From the human T2T-CHM13v2.0 reference genome, Homo sapiens: DNA of 64,000 nucleotides. Where the stretch lies: assembly GCF_009914755.1 (NCBI RefSeq), contig NC_060936.1; one strand, 5' to 3'. Numbering within the stretch: position 1 is the first letter of the stretch; every line of letters begins with the position of its first letter. The notes beneath the pieces are model-generated. The model was given only the letters and a program-made list of their open reading frames with translations, searched no databases and was not told the DNA's origin. The translations under genes and the position numbers were made by a program. Positions 10,741 through 24,748 of the stretch are shown piece after piece.

Positions 10741-13700
10741 TATGAAGTCGCTATCAAATTTTCAATGACATTCTTCATGGAAATATTTTTTAAAATTCTA
10801 AAATTTATATGGAACCACAAAGACACTGAATAGACAAAGCAATCTTGAGCAAGAAGAACAAAGCTGGAGACATTACACTACCTGATTTCAAATAATATTA
10901 CAAAGCTATAGTAATCAAAACTGTATGGCACTGTCATAAGAAGAGACACATAGATCAATGGAACAGAATTGAGAGTCTGGAAATAAATCCATGCATATAT
11001 GGTCAATTGATCTTTGACAAAGATGCAAAGAATACAAAAGTGAGGAAAAGATAGTCTCTTCAATAAATGGTATTGAAAAAATTGGATATTCACATTCAGA
11101 AGAGGGAAATTGGACCCTTATACCATTCACGAAAATAAACTCAAAATGGATTAAAGACTTAAACATAAGGCCTGAAACTGTAAAGAATCCTAAAAGAAAA
11201 CCTAGAGGGAAAGCTTTTTGACATTGGTCTTGGCAAAAGTTTTATAACTAAGATTTCAAAAGTACAGGCAACAAAAGCAAAGATAAAGAAGTGGGATTAT
11301 ATCAAACTAAAAAGTCTCTGCTGAGCAAAGGAAATAAGATAAAAAGACAACCTACAGAATGGAAAAATAATTGCAAATGGTGTTTCCAATAGAGGGCTAA
11401 TATCCAAAATATATAAGGAACTTATACAACTCAATAGTAAGAAAATGAATAAACTGAATAGAAATGGACAAAGCACCTGAATAAACATTTTTCCCAAGGA
11501 AGACATATAAATGACTAATAGGTAAATGAACCATCACTACTCCTCAGGAAAATACAACTAAAAACCACAATGAAATATTTCACACCTGTTAGGATGGCTG
11601 TTACCAAAAAGCCTAATGATAATAAGTATTGGCAAGGATGTTAAAAAAAGGAAACTCTTTTTCTGTTGGTGGTATTGTAAATTGGTACAGCCATTATAAA
11701 AAATATTATGAATGTCCTCAAAAAACTAAAACTACCTTGTTACTCAGTAATCCCACTTCTGGGTATAGACCCAAAGTAATTGAAATCAGTATCTCAAGGA
11801 GATATCTGCAGTCCTATGACCATTGCAGCATTATTTATAATAGCCAAGATATGGAGACAACCTAAGTGTTCATTGATGGATGAAGAAAATGTAATATATA
11901 TAATAGAATTTTACAGACAGACACACACAGATGCACACTGATATGATTTGACTGTGTCCCCACCCACATCTCATCTTTATTCCCATGTGTTGTGGGAGAA
12001 ACTTGGTGGGAAGTAATTGAATCATGGAGGCAGGTCTTTCCTGTGCTGTTCTCATGATAGTGAATAAGTCACATGGGATCTGATGGTTTTAAAAAGGGGA
12101 GATTCCCTGCATAAGCTCTCTTTGCCTGCCACCATCCATGTAAGATGTAACTTGCTCCTTTTTGCCTCACACCATGATTGTGAGGCCTCTCCAGCCATGT
12201 GGAACTGTAAGTCCATTAAACCTATTTTTCTTCCCAGTCTTGGGTATGTTTTTATCCACAGTGTGAAAACAGACTAATATGGTAAATTGGTACCAATAGA
12301 GTGGGATGTTGCTGAAAAGATACCTGAAAATGTGGAAGTAACTCTGGAACTGGGTAACAGGCAGAGCTTGGAACAGTTTGGAGGGCTCATAAGAAGACAG
12401 GAAAATGTACAGAAGTTTGGAATTTCCTAAAGACTTGTTGAATGGCTTTGCCCAAAATGCTAATAGCGACATGGATAATAAGGTCCAGGCTGAGGAGGCC
12501 TCAGATGGAGATGAGGAACTGTTGGGAACTGGAGCAAAGGTTACTCTTGTTGTGTTTTAGCAAAGAGACTGGTGGCATTTTGCCCCTACTCTAGAGATCT
12601 GTGAAACTTTGAACTTGAGAGAGATGATTTAGGGTATCTGGTGGAAGAAATTTCTAAGCACCAAAGCATTCAAGTGGTGACTTGGGTGCTGTTAAAGGCA
12701 TTCAGTTTTATAAAGGAAACAGAGCATAAAAGTTCAGAAAATTTGCAGCCTGACAATGCAATAGAAAAGAAAATCCATTTTCTGAGGAGAAATTCAAGCT
12801 GGCTGCAGAAATTTGCATAAGTAACGAGGAAATAAGTGTTAACCCCCCAAACAATGGAAAAATGTCTCCATGGCTTGTCAAAGGGTCTTCATGGCAGCCC
12901 CTCCCATCACAGGTCTGGAGGCCTAGGAGAAAAAAGTGGTTTTGTGGGCGAAGCCCAGGGTCCCCATACTGTGTACAGCCTAGGGACTTGGTGCCCTGCA
13001 TCCCAGCTGCTCCAGCCGCGGTTAAAAGGGGCCAAAGTAGAGCTTGGGCCATGGCTACAGAGGGTGCAAGCCCAAAGCCTTGGCAGGTTCCACATGGTGT
13101 TAAGCGTGCGAGTGCACAGAAGTCAAGAATTGGGGTTTTGGAACTTCCACCTAGATTTCAAAAGATGTATGGAAATACCTGGATGGCCAGGCAGAAGTTT
13201 GCTGCAGTGGTGGAGCCCTCATGCTAGGGCAATGCAGGAGGGAAATATGGGCTTGGGTCCACCACATCAAGTCTCTACTGGGGCACCACCTAGTGTAGCT
13301 ATTAGAAGAGGGCCACCATCATCCAGGCCCCAGAATGGTAGATCCACTGACAGCTAGCACCGTGAACCTGGAAAAGCCATAGATACTCAATGTCAACCCC
13401 TGAAAGCAGCCAGGAGAGATGGTTATACCCTTCAAAGTCACAGGGGTGGAACTGTCCAAGGCCATGGGAGCCCACCTCTTGCATCAGCGTGACCTGGATT
13501 TGAGGCATGTAGTCAAAGGAGATCATTTTGGAGCTTTAAGATGTGACGGTCCTGCTGATTTTTCAGACTTGCATGGGGCCTGTAGCCCCTTTGTTTTGGC
13601 CAATTTCTCCCATTTGGAATGGCTGTATTTACCCAATACCTGTACCCCCACTGTATCTAGGAAGTAACTAACTTGCTTTTGATTGTACAGGCTCATAGGC

Positions 13701-14580
13701 AGAAGGAACTTGCCTTGTCTCAGATGAGACTTTGGACTGTGGACTTTTGAGTTAATGCTGAAATGAGTTAAGACTTTGGAGGACTGTTGGGAAGGCATGA
13801 TTGGTTTTGAAATGTGAGAACATGAGATTTAGGAGGTGCCAGGGGCAGAATGATATGGTTTGGCTGTGACTTTCTCCTCCTTGCTTTCTGCCATGTTTGT
13901 GAGGCCTCCCCAGCTATGTGGAACTGTAATTCCATGGAACGTTTTCCTCTTCCCAGTCTTGGGTAGGTCTTTATCTGCAATGTGAAGACAGACTAATACA
14001 TACACACACACACACACGCACACACGCACACACACAAATGGAATATTAATCATCCTTAAAAAGAAGAAAATTCTGTCATTTCCAACAACGTGAATAAACC
14101 AGGAGGATATCATGCTAAGTGAAAACATCCAGACACACGGAGACAAATACTGCATGACTTCACTGATATGTAGAAACTAAACAATTTGAACTCATAGAAA
14201 GAGTAGAATTGTCATTACCAGGGACAGGTGGTAGGTGAAATGGGGAAATACATGTTAAAGGGTGCAAACTTTCAGTTACAAGATGAATAAGTTCTGAAGA
14301 CCTAATGAACAGCATAGTAACTAAATTGTTTATTAAGATAGTTAATAAAACTGTATTTTATACTTGAAATTTGCTAAGAGGTTATATCTTAATTATTCTT
14401 ACAACATGCACACACAAAAAGGGAAATTACATGAGGTGATGGATATGTTAATTAGCTTGATTGTGGTGTTGACTTCACAGAATAGACATATATCAAGACA
14501 TGATGTTTTTACATCTTAAGTACATACAATATTTATTTGTCAGTTGTACCTCAAGAAAGCTGGGAAAAATAAAAATAAAC
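10741..14580 (+). mobile_element. L1MA (L1MA8/9-like) ORF2 3' part and 3'UTR, split by a THE1 provirus
   Basis: aaagcaatcttgagcaagaagaacaaagctggagacattacactacctgatttcaaa...; resumes at 14001; 3' end ...ttgtacctcaagaaagctgggaaaaataaaaataaac. Confidence 0.9.
11939..14000 (+). mobile_element. THE1 (B/C-like) MaLR provirus: LTR 11939-12281, internal 12282-13850, deleted 3' LTR 13851-14000
   Basis: tgatatgatttgactgtgtccccaccc...gactaata; internal gtaaattggtacc...; 3' purine tract aggggcagaa; TSD cacac/tacac. Confidence 0.95.
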
Positions 14581-16751
14581 AACATGAAATAACATGTATG
14601 GAATCGGTTTCTCATAGGAAAGTGTCTCTAAAATAAAATGGAAGTGGATGCTAAGAGGGTCAAAACACCAAATGTCTATTTCAGTCACAATTATTTAGGA
14701 GACTAAGTTTTTGGAAGCACTTAGGTAAACAAATAAAAACATGAAATCACCCAAACCAGCTATTTCTTGACTCCTAATTCTTGATGGGTTAATATATCTA
14801 ACCTATCAAAGACATTCACTTATCCACCCATGCTTTCATTTATTAATTCATTTATTCAACAATTTGTTGACCCAGTACCATGCATCACACACTGTTCTTA
14901 GGTGCCACCCTAGCCAGGGAGCCAGTTTCACAGGTAGATAATTACACAGGACATCATTAGTATCTTTTGACCTTTGTGGAATATCTTATAAAACAATTAG
15001 TTTAAAGTAGTTGCATAATGGAATGATAACTAATTTATTCAAACAAAATATGATTATTATAATCAATACTGATTTTTTTTAACTATCACACTTTGATGTC
15101 TAGTTTTATTGAGATCTGGAGTAAACCAAACACAAAACAAAATATTTGGTTTATTTTATCTGTGGATATTCTATAAAATGTATCTTATTAACATTTGGGG
15201 CAGATGTTTGTTATATTTCTGTTTTTTCTTTAGTTCATTATTGTAGAAGTCAAATTTTAGTGATTTGGAGTTATATTTAAGTTAAAATTGGCACTATTAA
15301 TGTAAATTTCTTATCACTTATTCTGTTCTTCCCATTATACCTTAATATATATTTTAGTACTTTACTTATGTGTAAAAATAACTTTTTTTACTAGAGGTTG
15401 ATACTCCACAGATACTGAAAGAACAATGACAAAAGTGTACCTATAGGACAAACAAGCTGTTCTGGTTCCAAAATGGCATTGTAGAAGCAATCTGACTCCA
15501 CTTCCCTCCCCCCACAGAAAGCCAAATACAGATATAGAGTGGAGAGATTATCACCAGCAATATCTCAGAACTTAAATATGAGGATGAGACAGTTCCCAAG
15601 GCAACAGAGAAGTAAAAAAAAAACCTTTGAGCAGACATTAAGAAAATTGAAATTCCATATCTGCAATGCCTCTCCCCCAAGTCTAAATGGCAACAAGCAC
15701 ATGGAAAACTTCCTCCCAGCTCATGATTTCTACAGTGGAAAAAGTGAGATTGAGGTTGACAACCAGCTTCCCCACCAGTTTGGGTTTCCTGGCAGGATAC
15801 CTGTCCCAGGAACAATCAATTGGAAGTATCAGGAGTGGCTGAAAGGAGTAATATTCCTGAGGACAGCCAGATACATAGGCAGGGGGCAGAACTATCATTC
15901 CCTGCATTGGAAACTCTGCTCTGTAACTTGGCTAAAGTAGACCCCATATCAGAGTGACTGTTCAACAACACCATGCTGGTAGGAGATTTATTCCATGGGT
16001 TCCTTAGGCATGAACTCCTAGCCTGCCTTCCCACACTATCAAGATATCCCCTTTGGGGCATCTGATTATTTACTAGAGCCAAGGTAAACCTAGGTTTAAA
16101 GCAGCATCTAGGGCCATCAATGAGACAGCTATCTAGCATGCAAAAAGAAAAAAAAAGGAAATTAACAGAAAAAAATTACAAAGAATCTCTAAGCAAACAT
16201 ATCCAAGAAGAACCAACATAAGCCAGACAGAAAGGACCAGAATAAATAACTAATTCTTTGATGCAAAGGCATAGACATACATCCACAAGAAACAACAGTA
16301 AACAGTGAACCATGACTTCTCCAAACAGAGAAAGCAAGGAATCAGTGACTAAACCTAACAAGACAATAATACATGAGCTCTCTGACCAGGAATTCACAAT
16401 AGCAGTTTAAAGAAAATTCCATGATCTCCAAGATAGTACAGAAAAGCAACCCAGAAATTTATCAGAGAAAATTAACAAAAAGATTGAAATAATTGAAAAA
16501 TCAAACAGAAATCTTAGAATTGGGAAATACATTTGCTGAACTGAAAACCTCCTTAGAGGCTTTCAATAGCAGAATGGATAAGACAGTGGAGAATCAGCAA
16601 GCCCAAAGACAGGTTATTTGAAAATGCACAGAGGAGAAAAAAAAGAATAAAAAGAAAAAAGATTGCTTACAAGATATGGAGAATTACCTTAAAAGATAAG
16701 ATAATTAATAGTCCAAGTCAACTATTAATGTTCAAGAGGGGGTTGACCAAG

Positions 16752-17849
16752 TATCAGGAGAACCAGCCCCCAATATTTCAATGTAGGTTCTTTCTATTTT
16801 CCCTAAGTGTCAGCCGGTCTGAGAAATAAACAGAAAGAGTACAAAGAGAGGAATTTTACTGCTGGGCCTATGATGGTGACATCACATATCAGGAGGTCCA
16901 TGATGTCCCCTGAGCTGCAAAACCAGCAGGTTTTTATTAAGGACTTTAAAACTGGAGGGGGTGTATGAACAGGGAGTAGGTCACAAGGATCACATGCTTT
17001 AAGGGCAATAAAGATCACAGGGCAAAGGGCAAAGCAAAGATCACAAGGCAAAGGGCAAAATTAGAATTACTAATAAGGGTCTATGTTCGGCTGTGCACGT
17101 ATTGTCTTGATAAACATCTTAAACAACAGAAAACAGGGTTCAAGAGCAGAGAACTGGTCTGACCTCAAATTTACCAGGGCGGAATCTTTTCCCCACCGTA
17201 ATAAGCCTGAGGGTACTGCAGGAGACCATGGCATATTTCAGTCCTTATCTCAACCGCATAAGACAGACACTCCCAGAGCAGCCGTTTATAGACCTCCCCC
17301 CAGGAATGCATTCCTTCCCCAGGGTATTAATTATTAATATTCCTTGCTGGGAAAAGAATTCAGCAATATCTCTCCTACTTGCACGTCCATTTACAGGCTG
17401 TCTGCAATAAGAAAAATATGGGTCTATTCTGCCCGACCCCTCAGGCAGTCAGACCTTTGGTTGTCTTCCCTTGTTCCCTAAAATCGCTGTTATTCTGTTC
17501 ATTTTCAAGGTGCACTGATTTCATATTGTTCAAATACACGTTTTACAATCAATTTGTACAATAGTAGTCCTGAGGTGACGTACATTCTCAGCTTATGAAG
17601 ATAACAGGATTAAGAGATTAAAGTAAAGACAGCCATAAGAAATTATAAGAGTATTAATTTTGGGAACTGATAAATGTCCATGAAATCTTCACAATTTATG
17701 TTCAGAGATTGCAGTAAAGACAGGCATAAGAAATTATAAAAGTATTAATTTGGGGAACTGATAAATGTCCATGAAATCTTTACAATTTATGTTCCTCTGC
17801 CATGGCTTCAGCCAGTTGCTCTGTTCGGGGTCCCTGACTTCCTGCAACA
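16752..17849 (-). mobile_element. MER11 (B/C-like) solo LTR, ERVK class
   Basis: Minus-strand start tgttgcaggaagtcagggaccccgaac; internal ~88-bp duplicated unit (~17620-17795); perfect 6-bp TSD accaag. Confidence 0.95.
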
Positions 17850-18341
17850 ACCAAGAGCAAGGGGTATAATCCACTCATAACTCTATTTGAAGCACAAAGG
17901 ATAACTCTATCAAAAATAATAATAGCTACTGCAACATGTTAAGGCATAGACAATATAACAACATGCAAATTTACACAATTAAAGGTCAAAATGTGGGAGA
18001 ATGAAGTTAAAGTGTAGAGTTTTAAAAATCTGGGGGGTTGTTTCTATTCTTTGTGATCTAAGACAACTTGTCATCTCTTTAAAATAACTTCTTATAAGTT
18101 TTTTTGTAAGCTTCATGGTAACCACAATGCAAAAACCAATTAAAACATACTATTTGAGAAACTCACTTAACTACAAAGAAAGAAAGTAAGAAAAGAAGAG
18201 TTACAAAACATCAGAAAACAAAGAACAAAGTGGCAGGAGTAAGTCCTTGCTTATCAATAATAACATTGCATGAAAATGGGCTCGATTATCCCATTGAAGG
18301 GCATACATAGGCTGAATGAATAAAGAAAATAAGATCTAACT

Positions 18342-18634
<293 letters not shown>

Positions 18635-19561
18635 AAGAAAAGAAGATCTAACTATATGCTATCTACAAGAAACCCTCCTCACCTATCAAGACACACAGGC
18701 TGAAAGGGACGGAGCACAAAATGACATTCCATGCAGTTAGAAATCAAAATATGGAATGAGTAGCTATACTTATATTAGGTAAAATAGTCTTAATCAAAGC
18801 CTCTTCACAATAGCTAAAATATGGGATCAAATTAACTATCAATGAATGAATGGATAAAGAAAATATGGTGTATACACACACAATGGAATATTATGTAAAT
18901 ATTATTTCAAAGAATTGAAAAATAAAATCCTGTCATTTGCAGCAGCATAGATGGAACTGGGAATCATATTAAGTGAAATAAGCCAAGCACAAAAACACAA
19001 ATATTGCATGTTCTCATTCACTTAAGAAATAAAAAAGTGGATCTCATGAAGATAGAAAGTAGGTTGTTAGTTACCAGAGGCCAGGAAGTATAGTGAAGAG
19101 GGAAAATAAAGAGAGATTAATTAATGGGTACAAATATACACTTAGAAGAAATAAGACCTAGTATTCAATAGATGAGTTGGTTGATTATAGTTTACAGTAA
19201 TCTACTGTACATTTCAAAATAGGTAAAAGAGAATAATTTAAATGTTTTATAGCATAAAGATAAGAAGGATATTTAAGGTGATAGATATACCAATTACTCT
19301 GATCTGATCTTTCCACATTATATGTACATATGAAATTAACACATGTACTCTGAATATATGTATATTATTACATATCAATTTAAAATTTTTTTAAGTATAC
19401 CTACAGTGAGAAAAAGTTGAGATAATTATGATTTAAATTTTCAAGTTTACCTAAAACCTAAGCATTATAAGGATTAAAAAAACTCTTTAAAATTGTTAAA
19501 GAAAGAATTGCTGTCTCCCTGAACTAAATATAAAGCAATAAAAACTTTTCATTGTCTGGAA

Positions 19562-19878
19562 CAACACTGTTCAATATGAGCTCTATATTTATTTTTAAAT
19601 TTTCTAGGAGCCACATTGAAAAAGTAAATAGGTAAAATTAATTTTAACACTACACTTTATTTTATCCAAAATACCCAAAACATCATTTTACCACTTAATT
19701 CATATTTAAAATATTTACAGTTATATATGTTTTACATGTTGATATATATATTACCTTTTTATGCTGTCATTAAAATAAATATGTATATATTTACCCTTAC
19801 AGCTCATCTCAATTTGAAACAGCCATCTCTGAAGTACCCACTAGACACATGTGGCTAACAGCATTTTGGATGGTGCAG
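19562..19878. mobile_element. MER33-like hAT-Charlie element
   Basis: aaattttctaggagccacatt...cttacagctcatctcaattt...cacatgtggcta...ttggatggtgcag. Confidence 0.7.
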
Positions 19879-20129
19879 TTCTGTAACATTAAGTAATATG
19901 AGAGAAATCCAAGACTTTACATGAAGATACAACTACAGATTTTTAAAAGTCAAGAAATTACTATTTCCTACTAATTAGATCTGGTTAAAATACATTTTAT
20001 AAGCCTCATACTTTCATTTATTGGTTTATGTGTTTCCAAGGTAAAAAGCAAATTGCAGAGACACTACTCTGATGAAGTAGTTGGCTATATAAAAAGTAAT
20101 GCCCTATTCATAGTCTATATGTGCTAATC

Positions 20130-20305
20130 AGGTTGTACTTGAGGATTACCTACATCAGAATCACTAAGGACATTTCCTGATAAATGCTGATATTTTGGCT
20201 CCCAACTGTTATTTTGTTTGTTGTTTGTTTCTGGAGTTTGAGCCTAAGAATCTGTTATATAACTGTTCCCCATATGATCTTCATGCATGTAAATATTTGA
20301 AATAT
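20130..20305. mobile_element. MER5-like hAT MITE remnant
   Basis: catcagaatcact...aaatgctgat...gcctaagaatctg...ccccatatgatcttcatgca. Confidence 0.55.
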
Positions 20306-20789
20306 ATGACTATGTGTTATATTCTATATAGAAGTTAGTAATAATAACCAATAATCAAAATAGCTTCATTTTGCCTAACAAATTATATATATATATTATT
20401 TGACACAATCAGATATAGAAATTGTTTTCAGGTCTTGAATATCCTGTGTTATTCTCAAGAAGAAAGACTCAGATTCATTCATTTGGCAGACTTGAATTAG
20501 TCATTTATTATAGAGAAAATCTAACCAGTATTTTAACAAACTATTAATCTAATGAATAATAAGAATAAAAAGAAAGAAAAGCTAAAAAATAAAAATAAGA
20601 AAAAATATGAATAAATCTAAGAAAGATTTAAAATGCATGTGATGGTATATGAACTGTTTTAGCTCTGAGGATATAGAAATCTTTTTCCCCCTTTTTCCAG
20701 CTACAGAAAACAGGCATTCAACAACTATTTGTATAAATATTTACTATAAAGCAAAAATATGCAGACTAATGCAAGCATAAAATAAGGGC

Positions 20790-21099
20790 ATCAGAGTGCA
20801 TTATAGGTGAGGTGATCATAAATGTTATTCTGGAAAAGGACTCTGAGAAGAGACATGAATGAGGTGAGGGAGAAAATCAAATGAAATCTGGATATCAGCA
20901 TAGCAGGCAGAATTAAACAGGATGTTCAAAGGCCTTAAGCTGAAAATAAGTTTGTCCTGCTCAAGGAAAAAATAACACCAGTGGGGCTCCAAAAGAGAAA
21001 GTAAGTAGGAGATTGGCAGAAACTGATATAGAAGAATTAGGCAGGAGCTAGATTATTTTGATTCTTATAACCATGGTAGCAATTTAGGATGTTATTCTC
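20790..21099 (-). mobile_element. L2 fragment
   Basis: agagacatgaatgaggtgagggag...agcatagcaggcaga...caaaggcctt. Confidence 0.6.
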
Positions 21100-21716
21100 T
21101 GTATTAGTCCATTCTCACACTGCTATAAAAAAACTTGCCAAGACTGGGTAACTTATAAAGGAAAGAGGTTTAATTGGCTCACAGTTCCATATGGCTGGGA
21201 AGGCCTCAGGAAACTTACAATCCAATCATGGCAGAAGGCAAAGGGAAGGCAGGCAACTTCTTCACAAGGTGGCAGGAGAGAGACTGTCAGAAGGAGGAAC
21301 TTGCCAAACAATGACATCAAATCTCATGGGAACTCATTGACTATCATGAGAAGAGCATGCAAGAAACTGCCCCCATGATTCCATTACCTCCACCTGGTCT
21401 CCCCCTTGACACCTGGTGATTATGGGGATTACAATTCAAAATGAGATTTTGGGTGGGACACAGCCAAACCATATCATTCTACCCTTGGCCCCTCCCAAAT
21501 CTCATGTCCTCATATTTCAAAACACAACCATGCCTTTCCAACAGTCTCCCAAAGTCTTAACTCATTCCACCATTAACTCAAAAGTCATAGTTCAAAGTCT
21601 CATCTGAGACAAAGCAAGTTCCTTTTGGCTAGGAGCCTGTAAAATCAAAATCAAGTTGGCTACTTCCTAGGTACAAGGGGGGTATAACCACTTGGTAAAT
21701 AAATACACCCATTCCA
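21100..21716 (-). mobile_element. THE1D-like 3' LTR (21100-21476) plus 3' end of internal region, truncated
   Basis: tgtattagtccattctcacactgctata...cagccaaaccatatca, then ttctacccttggcccctcccaaatctcatgtcctc. Confidence 0.9.
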
Positions 21717-21773
21717 CCACCCACTCCATGGGAGAGATCTAATTTACCTGCCCTTTCATCTCAAGAATAGTGG

Positions 21774-22341
21774 TGTAGGGTCAAAAGGAATGTCCCTTTC
21801 ACCCTCTGAAGATTTGATAATTTGAGTCTATAAAATAAACAGAGAGTAGACAAATTAATACGGGAAAAACCCTTTTAATTATGTGCATACATACAAGATT
21901 CCCACAAAATACAAGACTCAAAAAAGGGTCAGATTAAAGTTCTTATAGCATCAGAATAGGAGCTTAGAGCTTCTGGTGTGAGAGGGTGACAAGCTATGGG
22001 AGAGTGAAGGGAGAAAATGCAAGGTGAACACATGTTGTTTTGTCATGCATATAAAGTCTCTCAGGTAATAAAAGTTGTCTCAAAGAGGAACTGTCAGAAG
22101 AATCTGGGTGGGAAATTACCCTTTAGTCAGTCACTTCTAGTCTCTCCTCTTGTGATATGGTTAATCTTCTCTACTTGGTTAGATTCCAGGGAAGCAGGAT
22201 GGGAACAAATGAGGTTCTTTCAGATAAGGGGACTTCAAAGGAGGTCCCTGTCTGAATTTGCTCTTTCCTAAGTTCTCTGTTTGAAGTAATCAGCATGCCA
22301 AACAAGCATATTGTGGGGTGATATTTCCTAGACTCCTTCCA
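21774..22341 (-). mobile_element. ERV1 LTR, MER34/MER90/LTR48 group
   Basis: tgtaggg...cctttcaccctctgaag...; ends agcatgccaaacaagcatattgtggggtgatatttcctagactccttcca. Confidence 0.6.
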
Positions 22342-22623
22342 CTGAACTACACTGATTGTAATATGTGTTATTTCTACTTTTAGAAAAAAAAAAACAAAAC
22401 AGTAGGCTAGAATCTCAGTCCTGGCTGAGGACTCTGGAGGGCAACAGAAATGAGATTGCAAATTACTTTGAAAAGACACTAAAATTGAGCTACTGTTGCT
22501 TTAGAATTAGCTTTCACTCTCAGCATTGATCTTTTCATGAACAAGATAGGAGTTATATCAGATAGACACAGATGGCAAGGTGGTCAACTTAGACCATGTC
22601 CAATAGGACCAAACTAGCACAAA

Positions 22624-22626
<3 letters not shown>

Positions 22627-22666
<40 letters not shown>
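22627..22666 (+). repeat. Poly(A) run of 40 nt
   Basis: Uninterrupted A40. Confidence 0.98.
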
Positions 22667-22668
<2 letters not shown>

Positions 22669-22992
22669 CTGAGATGCACTGCTGCTTTTATGAAGCTTGC
22701 AGAGGGAAATGCAACTGATTATCAATGTTGAGTGTCTATGAGGAGCCAATAAAACTGGTTATCAAAAGACTATGCAATATTTAAATATCTGCCAGGCCCA
22801 GAGAGAGCAAGGACAACTTGTGAATGTACAAATTCAAGACTATTCTTATCGCCCTTACTTCTATTTTCTCCCTAAGTCTCAACCAAAGAGATGCCAGAAG
22901 AATATATTAGTTGGTGTGTTGAGGGAGGAGCAGAAAAAAAGAGAGAATGACCATGCCATCTTATCCTTCTTGAATTGGCCTATCAATACTAT

Positions 22993-23440
22993 TGTGATGG
23001 TTAATTTTATGTGTCAACTTGACTGGGCCAATGAATGTCCAGATATTTAGTCAAACATTATTCTAGGTATGTCCATGAGGGTGTTTGTGGATGAGATTAA
23101 CATTTGAATTAGCAGACTAAGTACAGTAGATTGCCGTCCTTAACATGGTTGAGTTTCATCTAATCAATGGAAGATCTAAATAGAACACAAAGATTGAGTA
23201 ATAGGGAGTTTCTCCTGCCTGACTGCCTTAAGCCAAAACATTAGTTTTTTTTTTTCCTATCTTTGAACACTTCTTTGAACTGAAACAAATTCCTCTCTTA
23301 GATATCAAGGCTTTTAGACTGGAGTTACACCACTGGCTCTCCTGGACCTCCAGCTTGCCAACTCACTCTGAAGATCTTGGGAACTCTCAAACTCTATACT
23401 CAATTGAATTGATTTTTTTATAATAAATATGACTAACACA
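22993..23440 (+). mobile_element. MLT2 (C/D-like) ERVL solo LTR
   Basis: tgtgatggttaattttatgtgtcaacttgactgggcca...gatgagattaacatttgaat...gactaacaca. Confidence 0.85.
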
Positions 23441-23659
23441 ACTGTAGAGGAGATTTGTTGTTGAGTGTAAGATTTGTACTATTATTGGGATTGTTAATTG
23501 TGATTCCTGATTTGAGCTGGTATTGGTGTAACCGAGCCTATGTTATAAAAATCATAAGGTGTTTGTTTTACTTATTTTCCTTCTCATCATTTTCATCCTC
23601 TGGGCATGATAGCTTGCACTTAGTCATTTTAGTAGAGGGTAGTCACTACTAATTGATCA

Positions 23660-24006
23660 ACATTACACCCTGACTCCCAGGGGGTGCCCACAATATTAGT
23701 GAGTTTGTTTTTCTTTCAAATAATAATGATACTTAGGTCATGTAAACTTCTTTGATAACATCCTGATGTTCAATTGGCAAAGTAACAAAAGAAGCTTTGA
23801 TCACTGGGATCCCACCTCTTGCATACCTACCTTACTCATAAAAGCTCTCAGTTATGTTGAAAGGCAGATTGGATCTGAGAATTTGCCTTTACCACTCTCA
23901 CACTTGGGCCAAATGGAATAAACATTTATCTGCTCTTAAGCACTGATGTGTAAGTATTTGACTAACTGCACATCAGGTATTTGAACCTAGCTTTTGAAGT
24001 TCTACA
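23660..24006 (+). mobile_element. Old ERVL-type LTR remnant (MER54/73/74/88-like)
   Basis: cataaaagc, then aataaacatttatctgctcttaagcactgatgtg...actgcacatcaggta..gaacct. Confidence 0.4.
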
Positions 24007-24374
24007 GCTTTGGGACCTAAAATAACCACAGGTCTGTATAGGACATTCTAGTTCCTAACACTAAACTGAAAATTCATGGAACTGGATCTCATTTCCATTC
24101 AAGGCTAGAGAAGACCCTTAAAGGAATAGTACAGGACAAAACCAAAGTTGCCTTATAATTATATTTTATAGATTGAACTAACACTTACAAAGGGATTAAT
24201 TTTAGTAATAGTGTTTCAGTGAAATTAATCTGAGTATGAGTAGAAATGAAAACTGAAGTAGGGTAAGTGTCAATGAAAGATGAGTAGAGCCAGTATAATT
24301 TTAAAAACATGAAGAAAGATACTACTAGCAGAAGTGAAATGAAAAGAAAAAGGTCAGAATCATTTAGTGGATAA

Positions 24375-24680
24375 CCTGAAATCAAGATTTGGGAGGCAGT
24401 ACAATTCCCATTAGTAATAAAGGCTAGCATGAAATGTTGGTAGGATAGCTGAGATTAAGTGGAAGAAATGATCATGTGAGTGAGGAGGCTGAGCAACTAA
24501 GAGACAAGGTTTCTGGGCTGACTACTGATATAGATGTTAATAAAGAATGATGGTGTCAGTGTTGTTGCAGAGGCAGAACTTGAGCCAGGTGTCAAAATCC
24601 TCAGTGAATGACAGAGAAGGAGCAGAATTAGGGAGATGATTACAACAAAGAAAGGTAGATGGTAATACAGTATGATCACT
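24375..24680 (-). mobile_element. L2 ORF-region fragment
   Basis: tagctgagattaagtggaag...gagccaggtgtcaaaatcctcagtgaatg. Confidence 0.55.
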
Positions 24681-24748
24681 CACTTTTGAAAAGCTAATTC
24701 TAACTTTGGGTTCCATAATTTTTATTTCAGAAGTGATTTAATAAACCC

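Noticed and set aside
17620-17795. ~88-bp tandem duplication
   Set aside because: A normal internal feature of MER11 LTRs.
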